A DNA stretch of 64,000 bases from Polyangiaceae bacterium (GTDB lineage Bacteria > Myxococcota_A > Polyangia > Polyangiales > Polyangiaceae), in the NCBI GenBank assembly GCA_033763455.1, contig JANRKO010000039.1:128001-192000 (forward strand). The letters are read 5' to 3'. Shown here piece by piece: positions 10,385 to 20,346 of the stretch; the stretch's first letter is position 1, and each line of letters starts with the position of its first letter. The translations under genes and the position numbers were made by a program. The notes under the pieces are model-generated. The model did not search any database. It saw only the letters and a program-made list of their open reading frames with translations, and had not been told where the DNA came from.

Positions 10385-10954
10385 ATGATGCATTCAGTAT
10401 CCACCCGCCGTGTGTTCGCCGCCGTGGCGGCCCTTTCCGTATTGCTCGCCGCTCCGCTTGCTAGCGCACTCGACGCATTCCTTCAGATCGAGGGCGCGGA
10501 GATGAAAGGGGATTCTAAAGACAAAGACTTCAGGGATGCGATCGAAATCGATAGCTTCTCATTTGGCGTTCAGAACACCGGTGCGAGCTCGCCCGGAGCC
10601 GGGAGAGGGCGAAGCGCTCCCAACTTTACCGAGCTTAGCGTCCAAAAGAGCGCGGACTCTGCCAGCACGTATCTTTTCATGGCAGCCGCCAACGGCACGC
10701 TACTCAAGAGTGTGACTCTCTCGCTCAAAAAAAGCGGCGGTGATAAAGGTGGCGTCTTCTACAAAGTCACCCTCAAAGACGCCCAGGTAGCCAGCGTACA
10801 AACCTCAGCAGCCCCCAAAGGCGATGCCGTGCCCACTGAAAGCGTAACCTTTTCGTTCGCGAGCATCATCATCGAATACACCGCCGCTGATCCCAAAGGC
10901 GGACCTGGAAAGAAACATACGTTCAGCTGGGATACGAAAAACGTCAGGCAATAA
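10385..10954 (+). CDS. hcp: Hcp1-family tube-like protein with N-terminal signal peptide
   Basis: DAFLQIEG..KGDSKD...IEIDSFSFGV, DSAS..LF, PTESVTFSF..I..EY, FSWD; preceded by RR + hydrophobic stretch + ASA; AGGAG RBS. Confidence 0.85.
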   Translation: MMHSVSTRRVFAAVAALSVLLAAPLASALDAFLQIEGAEMKGDSKDKDFRDAIEIDSFSFGVQNTGASSPGAGRGRSAPNFTELSVQKSADSASTYLFMAAANGTLLKSVTLSLKKSGGDKGGVFYKVTLKDAQVASVQTSAAPKGDAVPTESVTFSFASIIIEYTAADPKGGPGKKHTFSWDTKNVRQ

Positions 10955-10978
10955 GCTCGAACCGGGGACGCACTGGCC

Positions 10979-11000
10979 GGCCCATGCCTTGACATGGGCC
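10979..11000 (+). terminator. Stem-loop after hcp
   Basis: GGCCCATG-N6-CATGGGCC; no U-tract. Confidence 0.35.
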
Positions 11001-11025
11001 AAGCCGGGCATCAGCTACTTCATGA

Positions 11026-11544
11026 GTGCCCGATTCATTTCTGCAAATTCCGTTGCGAACGCTCGAAGGCGAGCCGTATTCATTGGCTGAGCATGCTGGA
11101 GATGTGTTGTTGATCGTGAATGTTGCGAGCGCCTGCGGATTCACACCGCAATACGCAGGGCTTGAGGCGCTGTATCGTAAGCACAAAGATCAGGGGTTCA
11201 CGGTGCTTGGGTTCCCGTGCAACCAATTCGGCAAGCAAGAGCCTGGGGACCCGGAAGCGATCCGAACATTCTGCAACAACCGCTTCCAGATTACTTTCCC
11301 AATCTTGGAGAAAGTGGACGTCAATGGGTCGAATGCACACCCGCTTTACAAGGCCCTGAAGCGTGCTGCGCCGGGCCTACTCGGGACGGAAGCCATCAAG
11401 TGGAATTTCACCAAGTTCTTAGTCGACCGAAGCGGGAAAATTGTGAAGCGCTTTGGTCCGGCGGACACGCCAGATAAGCTTGAACGGCCAATTGCTGAGC
11501 TTCTCGAGAAACCTTTTGCCTCCAACACGGTCAGTCGGAAGTGA
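11026..11544 (+). CDS. Glutathione peroxidase family protein
   Basis: NVASACGFTPQY, LGFPCNQFGKQEP, IKWNFTKFLVDR. Confidence 0.95.
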   Translation: MPDSFLQIPLRTLEGEPYSLAEHAGDVLLIVNVASACGFTPQYAGLEALYRKHKDQGFTVLGFPCNQFGKQEPGDPEAIRTFCNNRFQITFPILEKVDVNGSNAHPLYKALKRAAPGLLGTEAIKWNFTKFLVDRSGKIVKRFGPADTPDKLERPIAELLEKPFASNTVSRK

Positions 11545-11638
11545 GGTCATAACAATTACCTTAGGCTGGTGCACGGGCGCCCTGCCGCAAACCCAAGCCG
11601 ACATGAAAAACAACTAGAACTCAGCTAGGGTGCTGGGG

Positions 11639-12139
11639 ATGCTTCGAAAAATGACTGGGTTTGAGCGGGATAGCGAGGGCGATTGGGTGGTGGAGCTTGG
11701 CTGCGCCCATCGCCAACATGTCCGACACAAGCCACCCTTTCAAAACCACGCCTGGGTCACTTCTGACGAGGGCCGAACCTCGCGCCTCGGCCAGGAGCTG
11801 AATTGCCCTCTCTGCGATCGACTAGAGCCACCTCACGGCCTCGAAGTCTACAAGCGGACTCCGGAGTGTACGACTGAAACGATCCCGCAGGGCCTGCTCC
11901 GAGACCACACGCTCAAATCAGGTGTCTGGGGTCGAATCCACGTGCTTGAGGGTCAGATCGAGTACACGATTCCATCCTTGGGAGGAAAGATGCATCAATC
12001 TCTTTTGCAACCGGGCAACGTGGGTATCGTCGCGCCAGAGGTTCCGCATCACATTGCGCCCATTGGCCCAGTCAGGCTCTTCATCGAATTTCTCCAACGG
12101 CCACCAACGGCACCATCGGAACTCCTGAGCAAACAATGA
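11639..12139 (+). CDS. DUF3565 plus DUF1971 (TehB-like cupin) fusion
   Basis: DWVVELGCAHRQHVRHKPP...LNCPLC then YKRTP...HTLKSGVWGRIHVLEG...PHHI. Confidence 0.75.
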   Translation: MLRKMTGFERDSEGDWVVELGCAHRQHVRHKPPFQNHAWVTSDEGRTSRLGQELNCPLCDRLEPPHGLEVYKRTPECTTETIPQGLLRDHTLKSGVWGRIHVLEGQIEYTIPSLGGKMHQSLLQPGNVGIVAPEVPHHIAPIGPVRLFIEFLQRPPTAPSELLSKQ

Positions 12140-13044
12140 CCTCACCACCCGGGACAGCACTCGTTACCGGAGCCACAGGCTTCATTGGAAGAGCCCTTGT
12201 CCCCGCCCTTTTGGCACACGGTTGGGACGTTGCCGCGGGGAGTCGGCACACCAAACACGCCAGTCCGACACAAGGCGTACACTGGTTAACGTTTGACTTG
12301 CTGCAGCCTGAGTCCTTCGATACAGCGTTTGAAGGCGTAAAAGTCGCTTATTATTTGGTCCACAGCATGGGGGACCACCAAGCTGATTTTCGCACTCGAG
12401 AGCTACGTGCCGCGCGAGCTTTTGCACAGGCCGCAGAACGCGCGGGGGTCGAGCGCATCGTGTACTTGGGCGGCCCGGCTCCGCCCGTTGGGGCCTCCGA
12501 ACACTTGCGTAGCCGATCAGAAGTCGGAGAGGTTTTGCGTGCGGGCAAGGTGCCAACCGTGGAGCTCAGGGCGTCGATGGTCATTGGTCACGGTAGTGCG
12601 TCGTGGCAAATCGTGCGGGACTTGGCCCTGCGCTTGCCGGTGATGGTGCTACCGAAATGGCTGAGCTCTCGCACGCGACCGATCGCTCTTGACGACGTGG
12701 TGGCCGCTTTGGTCGCCGCAGCAGAGGTGCCCATCGAAAGGAACGAGTGGTTCGATGTTCCTGGGCCCGAAACCATGGACGGGCAGCAAATTCTGGAACG
12801 CATCGCGGCCCTCGGTGGCCGCCATTTTATAGCCCTCAAGGTGCCATTCCTAACGCCACGCCTATCGTCCCTTTGGCTTCGGTTGGTTACGCGGACCGAT
12901 TACGCTGTAGCACGCGAGTTGGTCATGGGATTAACGAGTGATTTGCTGCCTCACGATGAGCGTTTTTGGAGCCTCATCGGCCACACCGAGCTCGTCTCAT
13001 TCGACGAAGCAGCACGACGCGCTCTGGCAGCCGAGCGGGCGTGA
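12136..13044 (+). CDS. NAD(P)-binding atypical SDR / epimerase, YbjT-like
   Basis: TGATGFIG, YYLVHSM, SEHLRSR.EV, LRASMVIGHGSAS. Confidence 0.85.
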   Translation: MTSPPGTALVTGATGFIGRALVPALLAHGWDVAAGSRHTKHASPTQGVHWLTFDLLQPESFDTAFEGVKVAYYLVHSMGDHQADFRTRELRAARAFAQAAERAGVERIVYLGGPAPPVGASEHLRSRSEVGEVLRAGKVPTVELRASMVIGHGSASWQIVRDLALRLPVMVLPKWLSSRTRPIALDDVVAALVAAAEVPIERNEWFDVPGPETMDGQQILERIAALGGRHFIALKVPFLTPRLSSLWLRLVTRTDYAVARELVMGLTSDLLPHDERFWSLIGHTELVSFDEAARRALAAERA

Positions 13045-13179
13045 AACGCGAACTCTCGGGCTTCCCGGCATTTGGCGCTGTTTTTCGGTACGAGAGGTAC
13101 TTCGCATGACAAGTAACTTGGCCTTCAAGCGGGCGCACACTTGCGTTTGCGGGCTGTTTCGACAACCGTGCAAGTCACT

Positions 13180-15744
13180 ATGGGAATTGGCGGTTTCTCA
13201 CGGAGATTGGGCGGTAAGAGTTGGCTTAGGCTAGGCCTTTGGGGGCTTGTGGCGAGCTTTTCCATAGGAGCCTGTGGCAATTCGGACGAAGAAGAGATCC
13301 AGAAGGCGAAGCTCTCTGAAGGCTGCCTCATTAATAGCGACTGCCGAGCGCCGTTAGCCTGCGCCTTTCGCCGCTGTCACACGGCGTGTGAAACCACCCG
13401 AGATTGTGTCGCTCCGCAACTATGCGTGGCGAGCGACAAGCCATTTTCTGTGTGTCAGCTCGAAGACGAGCGTCAGTGCACGTACCATAGTGAGTGTGCT
13501 GGCTCACAGCTCTGCGGCGTTGACGGAAACTGCCGCGACCAGTGTGCCACTTCACGGGATTGTCTGCGGGATCAGGTATGTACGCAAGGAACCTGCGCTG
13601 AGCCTAGCGAACTTCTGAATGGCAGCTTACCGCCGAGTCCGGCGGCTACAGCCGTTGGAGGCCAGGTGTGTACCTACAACTCGGAATGCCCAGGAGATTT
13701 GGTATGTCGCGCAGGTGTGTGCGGCAAAGAGTGCCTTGACACCAAAGATTGCGCGCCGGGTTACCGCTGTAACGCGCAGAATCGTTGCGAAAGTCCCTTA
13801 CAGGGAAGCGCGGGCGCGGGCAACTTGGCGTCGGGTGGCAGCGCCGGCAGCGGTGGCGGCGGCATGAGTGGAGGCAACCAGAACGCAGGCGGAAGCCCGC
13901 TCACTTCCGATGGTGCCGGAGGTATGAGTGCGGCCACTGGAGGTAGCACTGCCACTGGAGGCAGCGGAGGTGCGGGCCCAGAAGTGTGCCCAGGCGCTGG
14001 CTGGACACGCCCCTGCCAAGCGTGTGCCGACGGCCCTGTCGGTGTCCAAGCCTGTGAACAAAACCAAGCTGGCTTTGCTTGGGGCGCGTGCATCGGCGGC
14101 CAGGCTAGCGAAGCCTGTGATGGGAAGGACAACGACTGCGATGGCACACCGGACAACGGAGTGGGCTTCGAGTGCATCCTCGGGCAGACAGCGCAGTGTA
14201 GCCCAGGCGGCAACTGCGCGAGCATTCAGGGGAGCAAGAGCTGCATCGTCGTCGGCAATCTCTGTAAGTACGGTGCTTGCGCCGCGGGCCTAGAAATCTG
14301 TAACGGTGAGGACGACGACTGCAACGGCACTAAAGACGACGGCGCAGGCATGACGTGCATCCTCGGCTCTTCCCCGAGTGCTTGCACGATTTCTAAAAAC
14401 AACTGTAGCCAACCCGGCATTCCCTCCTGCGATGCGGCTTGCCACCTAAAATGCGCACCCGCCGCCGAGATTTGCGACGGGATTGACAATGATTGCGAAG
14501 GCACCATCGATGTTGTTCCGAACGGTATTCAGTGCAAAAAAGACAGCACCGAGCCGTGCATGGTTCAAGCGTGCAACATGACGCTCACAGGCTCACGCAC
14601 GTGCTCAAGTGGCTGCGCCTGGGGCTCTTGCGTGGTGGCGGATGCCTGCAACGATCTGGATGATTCTTGTGACGGCAGAATCGACGAGGGTTACAAGTAC
14701 GTCGCTGGTGTTTCGGGCGTACTGCTGGCTGGAACGTATAACAACACCGGAGTAGCTAGCGTTCTGGATGGCAACACGGTGTGGGTCGGCTGGACCGACG
14801 CAGCGCTGGGGTCCGACAAGCTTCGAGTCGGCAAGTTTGACGTGGCCACGGGCAGCCCCCAGTCGCTGATTGCGGACGCAGGAGTGGGGTTAAGCTTTGG
14901 GAACTACAATCCCGCCTCGGGCGTCAAGATCGGCAACGACGTTTGGTTTGCCGTGATGGGAGCTAACACCACACAGATTTGGGTAGCGCGCGCTAGCGGT
15001 GGCTCACCGGGCGTGGCTCCGGTGCTCACCACTTGGCAGATCGCCGGTCTGCCGGCTTCCGGCGGCTACTACCGGCTCGGGGCTCTCGCTTCAGACGGCA
15101 CGGATCTCTACATCACATACAGGCTAGCTACGGGTCCGCTCCGCGCAGCGCGAATTTCGACATCCACTCTCTTGGTAACCTGGGACCGCGAACTCACGCC
15201 CTCCGAGCCAGCCCCTGCGGCACTCGCGTTCGAGGGGAGCAGCTTGCACGCCATTTGGTGCGATACCGCCCAGGCCAAGTTGCGCCACGCTCGCTTGTCT
15301 ACAAGTGACGGCGTCCCCACGGTGGCGTCTCATATCGTGGTGAACAGCGAATGCACGGCGCCGGGTAAACGCGAAGCATTCGTGGAATACACAAATGGAG
15401 CACTCTTGACCGTGGCTCGATCCGCGACCTTTACCGCTCAAGTCGCCACACTGTCGTTAACTGGGGTAACGCAATCCACCCAAAGCTTCGCCGTGCCCGG
15501 GCAAAATGCTCTGTACTTTGCGCTCCGCGTTGGCAATACCTCAGCCTTCGCGGTAGGGAGCGAAGCGGGGGTTCGTCGCTACTCACAACAAGGAGTTCTC
15601 GCCAGCTCGGCCACCGAAGGCCCCTCCTTGAGCACCTATTCCGCCAATGGCAGCCTACTTTATCCAGCGGGTGGGCCGGTGAGCATCGGAGTGAATCCGA
15701 CGAATCCAGCGCAAATTGTGATGACCCGACTGCAATGTCCGTGA
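13180..15744 (+). CDS. Large Cys-rich surface lipoprotein with E.CDG.DNDC.G (MopE-like putative metal-binding) repeats and a beta-rich C-terminal domain
   Basis: Lipobox IGAC; Cys repeats; four CDG/CND-DNDC-type repeats; Gly linker; start uncertain (13141 or 13180). Confidence 0.75.
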   Translation: MGIGGFSRRLGGKSWLRLGLWGLVASFSIGACGNSDEEEIQKAKLSEGCLINSDCRAPLACAFRRCHTACETTRDCVAPQLCVASDKPFSVCQLEDERQCTYHSECAGSQLCGVDGNCRDQCATSRDCLRDQVCTQGTCAEPSELLNGSLPPSPAATAVGGQVCTYNSECPGDLVCRAGVCGKECLDTKDCAPGYRCNAQNRCESPLQGSAGAGNLASGGSAGSGGGGMSGGNQNAGGSPLTSDGAGGMSAATGGSTATGGSGGAGPEVCPGAGWTRPCQACADGPVGVQACEQNQAGFAWGACIGGQASEACDGKDNDCDGTPDNGVGFECILGQTAQCSPGGNCASIQGSKSCIVVGNLCKYGACAAGLEICNGEDDDCNGTKDDGAGMTCILGSSPSACTISKNNCSQPGIPSCDAACHLKCAPAAEICDGIDNDCEGTIDVVPNGIQCKKDSTEPCMVQACNMTLTGSRTCSSGCAWGSCVVADACNDLDDSCDGRIDEGYKYVAGVSGVLLAGTYNNTGVASVLDGNTVWVGWTDAALGSDKLRVGKFDVATGSPQSLIADAGVGLSFGNYNPASGVKIGNDVWFAVMGANTTQIWVARASGGSPGVAPVLTTWQIAGLPASGGYYRLGALASDGTDLYITYRLATGPLRAARISTSTLLVTWDRELTPSEPAPAALAFEGSSLHAIWCDTAQAKLRHARLSTSDGVPTVASHIVVNSECTAPGKREAFVEYTNGALLTVARSATFTAQVATLSLTGVTQSTQSFAVPGQNALYFALRVGNTSAFAVGSEAGVRRYSQQGVLASSATEGPSLSTYSANGSLLYPAGGPVSIGVNPTNPAQIVMTRLQCP

Positions 15745-15771
15745 ATCGAGCCTTGCGGGGAGGCCCGGGCC

Positions 15772-17124
15772 CTAAGTCGTTAACCCCGGCACGCCCGTTG
15801 TAGCAAGCGCTACATCGCTCCCAAAAGATGTAACCGGGGAGCCCATGATGTTTGCGATGGATAGCAACACTTGGCTCATGTTGCTGCCCGGGTGCCGCAG
15901 GTGTTGATTGCCGGTCAGCTTGCCGCCCGCTTTGCCGATGAGCATGACTGGGAAATCGGTCATCTGGTGTGTCTTACCCCACGCGGTGTCCGTGCTTGAG
16001 TAGATGAGGCTGTAGTCTAGCAAGTTACCCCCTCCCACGCTGATGCCCTGCATCTTCACGAGCATTTCTGCCAGAGATTCCATCGTAAAAAGCACGCCTT
16101 TGTGGACGCGTGTCTGAATATCTGGGCCGGTGTGTCCGCCAGGATCTTCGTGGCAAATCGTGTCGTGGTAGTCGGCGTTCATGTCAGCGCCAAGGCCTCG
16201 GAAATACACGTGCGCCGCCGGCAACATGAACACATAGCTGCCCACGTTCGTGAGCCCGCAGGAAAGTGCAAGAATCATGAGATCCGTCATCGCGGTATTC
16301 ACGGCTGGGGTGGCCTCCTCGTTCTCATCTGCGTCAACGGTTGGGCGCGTTGGGGAGCCGCAAGCGAGCTGTACAGGAGCCACGAGGCGGGACTCAATGG
16401 CACGGATCCCCTCAAGGTGGCTCTCGAGCCTTTGTTGATCTGCCATGCCGAGCCGCCCACGCAAGGCCGCGCCATCGGCGAGCACGGAATCCAACACACT
16501 CCGCTTAACGCCTAGCAATGGAGAGGCTTGCGGTGTGCTCGTGCCCCCCGGCGCCATTTGCGAAAATAGCCTATCAAACACCACCTTTGGGGCGTATTCG
16601 GGGCGCAAGGGAGCTCCGGGGCCGCGGTGAGAAACCGCGTGCAAGGTGATGGCGCCATCTTCATTCGGCGTAGCTGCTGTAACGCCAACTTCGAGCGAAC
16701 GAAACGGCATCCCCGCGGAGGTGATGTCTGCCACCACCTGATCGATCGACGGACCTCCGGGCGTGGTTGTACCTGGAAGAAAGCCACCCACCGTCGCAGC
16801 AGCGGCGCCGCCCCAATGCGTACCAGCATCCACCAAGCTGCCATACCCTGACACCACGGTGAGATATTCCTTCACATGCGCGAGCGGCATCAACTCAGGG
16901 CTAAGCTGCCAATTGGACCCAGTCGCTTCGGGAATAAACATTCCCGGCAAGACACCGTTACCGAAGAACCACGTCAGATAGCGCACCGGTATCGCCGCAC
17001 CCTGTGCGAACGCTGTGCCATTCCCGTTTAACATGATATCGAGCGTGGGTAATGGCACGGCTACGGCTCCACCCGTGGCGAGCAGGCCCTTCAAAACGTG
17101 GCGTCGGCTCAGAGTATTTTTCAT
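15772..17124 (-). CDS. DUF1552 domain protein with Tat-like signal
   Basis: SRRHVLKG, FFGNGV, SIDQVVA, FDRLF, SVLDSV, LG..D..RLE.HL..IR.IE. Confidence 0.85.
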   Translation of the reverse strand: MKNTLSRRHVLKGLLATGGAVAVPLPTLDIMLNGNGTAFAQGAAIPVRYLTWFFGNGVLPGMFIPEATGSNWQLSPELMPLAHVKEYLTVVSGYGSLVDAGTHWGGAAAATVGGFLPGTTTPGGPSIDQVVADITSAGMPFRSLEVGVTAATPNEDGAITLHAVSHRGPGAPLRPEYAPKVVFDRLFSQMAPGGTSTPQASPLLGVKRSVLDSVLADGAALRGRLGMADQQRLESHLEGIRAIESRLVAPVQLACGSPTRPTVDADENEEATPAVNTAMTDLMILALSCGLTNVGSYVFMLPAAHVYFRGLGADMNADYHDTICHEDPGGHTGPDIQTRVHKGVLFTMESLAEMLVKMQGISVGGGNLLDYSLIYSSTDTAWGKTHQMTDFPVMLIGKAGGKLTGNQHLRHPGSNMSQVLLSIANIMGSPVTSFGSDVALATTGVPGLTT

Positions 17125-18908
17125 GGTTGAGCACCTTCGCTGGTGAGAAAACGGAAGCCTTCGCTTGTCACAATATCGAGAGCAAGTGGCATTAATCTGT
17201 GCCCTCCAGCAGTGAACTTATCGGTGAGTTGCCTCAAGGGAACGTCTGCCGGGGCACTGAGCGCCGAGCCCGTTCCATAGTGATAGAGGGCGCGCACCAG
17301 GCATTCGGTCGTCGCAAGATTGGCGGCCAACGCTTGCCCAAGCCCTCCGGGGCCGTCGAACGCGACACCGTCGAGAGTGCCGGTAGCATCTACGGGCTTA
17401 CCACTTTCTTCGGTGCGATAAGCGCCGATAGCATCGAAGTTTTCCAGGCCAAAACCAAGCGGATCCATCAGCTGGTGGCAACCTGCGCATGCGGGCATAG
17501 TTGCGTGCTGCAGCAGCTTTTCGCGGTGCGACAAGACTACGCCGGGCGGCGCGTCAGGAAGCTTGGTGTCAACGTTGACTGGAGGCGGCGGAATTGTCTG
17601 GCAAAGGAGCTTTTCTCTGATGAACTTGCCGCGCGTGGTCGGGGAAGATTGAACCTGGTTGGCGTAGAGCGAAAGGAAAACACCCGAGGCCAAAAGGCCT
17701 GCCCGCGGGCTATCGGCTGGGGCATCCATCTTTACCAGCGCATCTGAGAGCCCGTCCGTTGGCAATCCGTACAGCTTTGCCAAGTCCAGATTCACGTAGC
17801 GCGTTCGAGTGGTAAGAAGATCCAGCGCACTCGCAGCCGGATCCTGCATGGTCCCTTCAAAGAGAGCTCTGACCTCAGCTCCCATGGCAGACGCTAAGCT
17901 GGGCGTAAAGTCCGGAAATAGCGCGGTATCTTTGGCAATGCTCGAAACGCGATCGAGGTCATAGTAATCGGAAGCAAAGCCGCCCACAGTAGCTTTTCCT
18001 TGTGGACTATTGAGCATCCGCATCGCCTCAGCTCGCACTCCATCCACTGTTGTCAGCGTGCCGGCTTCGGCTGCTTTCAGTAAAGCATCGTCAGGCGGCG
18101 CGCCCCAAAGGAAGAAGGATAGCCGGCTAGCGACTTCCAAGTCTGTGGCCTGAAACAGTCCAGCCTGCCCGTTCACCGGCACGCCAAGTTCTGGGCGGTA
18201 AAGAAAACTGAGCGACTGAAGCAGCGCAGAGGCCGACCACCGCGGGCCTGCATAAGGATCGGTAAGCGCTTGGGCCGAAGCTTCTGCCACCCCTACGTAA
18301 CGCAGCACTTCCTCTGGAGCGAGCGTGCGCCGAAACACCAGGCGCCCAAAACGCTGCACGAAATCCCCCGTACACGCATCGTTGGTTACCGTTTTGGGTT
18401 CACAACCCACAAATGCTGAGCGTTTTGCGACATCGCCAAACACTTGGTCCAAAGCGTCATCCACCGCCTCTTGATACTGTTCGACGCCTCTAAGCGAAGT
18501 GACCACGGTGCGGGCGCCAACTACTGCCAACCCGTTCGCGCGCCCATCGGCTTGAACCGGCTTGATGTTGACCGAACCGAGCAGCGCTCGGAGTGAATTG
18601 TTGAATTGTTCCGTTGTTAACCGCCGGAAAGCCTGCGGACTGGCGGGAAACGCGACAGCCGTGGAAACGCCAGGCCCAGGTGGGGTGCCGGGAAGAGGCG
18701 TTCCCGTGGCTCCGCTCGTCGGTGTTGCCGCTGAGCCGCCGGGCATTGTGGTGACATCGACGGTAGTGGCTGGACCTGGCGTGCCCTGAGCTCGACCCGA
18801 CGAAGGACCGCCGCCAGCAACTGCCGTGCAACCCATACTAAGCGGTAGACCTACGGCGACAGCGAACTTTTGGCACCAATGCGCGCGACGTTGAGCAAAC
18901 TTCGGCAT
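17121..18908 (-). CDS. DUF1587/1595/1592/1588/1585 domain lipoprotein with CxxCH
   Basis: RRLT..QFNNS, FLYRPE, ASRLSFFLW..PPD, SPTTRG, CAGCH..MDPLGFGLENFDAIG. Confidence 0.85.
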   Translation of the reverse strand: MPKFAQRRAHWCQKFAVAVGLPLSMGCTAVAGGGPSSGRAQGTPGPATTVDVTTMPGGSAATPTSGATGTPLPGTPPGPGVSTAVAFPASPQAFRRLTTEQFNNSLRALLGSVNIKPVQADGRANGLAVVGARTVVTSLRGVEQYQEAVDDALDQVFGDVAKRSAFVGCEPKTVTNDACTGDFVQRFGRLVFRRTLAPEEVLRYVGVAEASAQALTDPYAGPRWSASALLQSLSFLYRPELGVPVNGQAGLFQATDLEVASRLSFFLWGAPPDDALLKAAEAGTLTTVDGVRAEAMRMLNSPQGKATVGGFASDYYDLDRVSSIAKDTALFPDFTPSLASAMGAEVRALFEGTMQDPAASALDLLTTRTRYVNLDLAKLYGLPTDGLSDALVKMDAPADSPRAGLLASGVFLSLYANQVQSSPTTRGKFIREKLLCQTIPPPPVNVDTKLPDAPPGVVLSHREKLLQHATMPACAGCHQLMDPLGFGLENFDAIGAYRTEESGKPVDATGTLDGVAFDGPGGLGQALAANLATTECLVRALYHYGTGSALSAPADVPLRQLTDKFTAGGHRLMPLALDIVTSEGFRFLTSEGAQP

Positions 18909-18953
18909 AACGGTTTCAGGTCCAGGTAAGAGGGCGAGATTTCCCTCTTTGGC

Positions 18954-18986
18954 TGGTTAGTCGCCGACGGCGTACGATCGGCTACG
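18954..18986 (-). promoter_or_regulatory. Putative ECF sigma promoter, copy 1 (CGTAGCCGAT-N11-GGCGACTAACCA)
   Basis: Lies 46 nt upstream of the DUF1592 gene; identical half-sites and spacing at 20260 and 22744. Confidence 0.7.
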
Positions 18987-19026
18987 CGCGAAACCGAAAA
19001 AACAATCGAGCACGGGATTTGGGCGC

Positions 19027-20217
19027 TCAGGGTTTTCTTTCCTCCGAAAGTCGTAACAACAGCTTCTGAGCTTGCGGTGCAAATGAGCCGTGGGGGTGCA
19101 ACGACAAGTAGCGATTCAGCAATTGTCGTGCGTTTTCTTGTGAGCTGTGTTGCACAGCGAGGCTCGCGGCGGCAAAGCGCGCCATCTCAGCTTGAGACGT
19201 GCCAGGATATTGCGAAGCTACCTCCTGATAACGTCGGATCCCTTCGGAGAAGCGACCTTGCGCCACCAGATCTTCGGCGGAACGAAGGGCTTCCCCCGCC
19301 TTTACCCGGACATCTGGCGTTTTCGGGGCAGATAACACTTCTGTGGCCTTCGATTGTGGTTCGTTAGCAACTCCGGGCGTTGGCGTGGACGGCGCCTCTG
19401 ACCCATGCGGCGGCGCTCCTGTGGAAGACGCGGCTGGTGCGGACAGCACCGCTTTGGGTGGCTGACTTGCACCGGCGCTGCTCCAACCGTCCCCGGCTCT
19501 GAGCGTTACTTTTACGCCGCCCGCACGCGGCAGCACCTCCACAACACCCTCTGAAACCTTTACGGAGCTCCAATTGGCTTCTCGCCGCACGGTGAAATGA
19601 GTGCCCACCACACGGATTTGAGCCTCTTTGGTCCACACCGAAAAGCCCTCCCCGCCCTTTAAGTGTCGCACGGAGAGCGCAACCTTCCCCGCTACCAGCT
19701 GGAGCGTACGGCCCCCCGAGGAGAGCCGCGAGCCTGGCTCAGCCGTTACCCTGGAACCATCTTGCAACTCAAGCTCCGCCGGCACTTCACCACCCACTTC
19801 GAGCTCATTGCCTGGCAGCACAACACCAGCAACAGCCCGACCGCCGCTCGAAACCTGCCCAGACATCACGCGAGCGAAGCCTTCGCCAGTCTCGGCAACT
19901 TGCGCGGAGTCACGCAGCAAAAACACTAAAAATGCCCCGGCGGCTGCTAGAGCGAAGGCACCCCCGGCCCAGGCCAAAGGACGGTAACCCCGACTCACTC
20001 GGATCCCGCTCGGCCGGGCTTCTGCTAACGCTGCTCGCACCTCTGCAAGTTGCTTCGCCTCAGGCACAGGGGTGGCTTCGAACTCCGCGACACGATCGAG
20101 CACGGTTTCGAGCGCGCGCAGGTTTTGAGCGGATGTAGGATCCCCTGCGGCACGGCCGAGCTCTTCCGAACGCGCCTTTCGGACTCCTTCCCAACTCTGG
20201 CCTTTAGGTGTTTTCAT
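19027..20217 (-). CDS. FecR-domain anti-sigma factor with C-terminal TPR-like helices
   Basis: Single TM, LQDGSRV, IRVVGTHFTV, VKVSEGVVEV, YL..HPHG.FA. Confidence 0.85.
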   Translation of the reverse strand: MKTPKGQSWEGVRKARSEELGRAAGDPTSAQNLRALETVLDRVAEFEATPVPEAKQLAEVRAALAEARPSGIRVSRGYRPLAWAGGAFALAAAGAFLVFLLRDSAQVAETGEGFARVMSGQVSSGGRAVAGVVLPGNELEVGGEVPAELELQDGSRVTAEPGSRLSSGGRTLQLVAGKVALSVRHLKGGEGFSVWTKEAQIRVVGTHFTVRREANWSSVKVSEGVVEVLPRAGGVKVTLRAGDGWSSAGASQPPKAVLSAPAASSTGAPPHGSEAPSTPTPGVANEPQSKATEVLSAPKTPDVRVKAGEALRSAEDLVAQGRFSEGIRRYQEVASQYPGTSQAEMARFAAASLAVQHSSQENARQLLNRYLSLHPHGSFAPQAQKLLLRLSEERKP

Positions 20218-20259
20218 AGGATCCCGAGCCCAACGTGGGCGGAATTTCCCTCTTTGGCA

Positions 20260-20292
20260 TGGTTAGTCGCCAGCGCCACGATATCGGCTACG
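20260..20292 (-). promoter_or_regulatory. Putative ECF sigma promoter, copy 2
   Basis: Same bipartite motif, 43 nt upstream of the FecR gene. Confidence 0.7.
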
Positions 20293-20346
20293 CCCTCAGC
20301 CGAAAAATCTCCAAAGCCGCGATCTCGCGTCGGTTCTCGCTTCTGT

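Noticed and set aside
10337..10954. A type VI secretion locus
   Set aside because: No tssB/C, vgrG, clpV or baseplate genes in the window.
12508..12517. CGTAGCCGAT half-site inside the epimerase gene
   Set aside because: Lacks the GGCGACTAACCA half at the required spacing and is intragenic.
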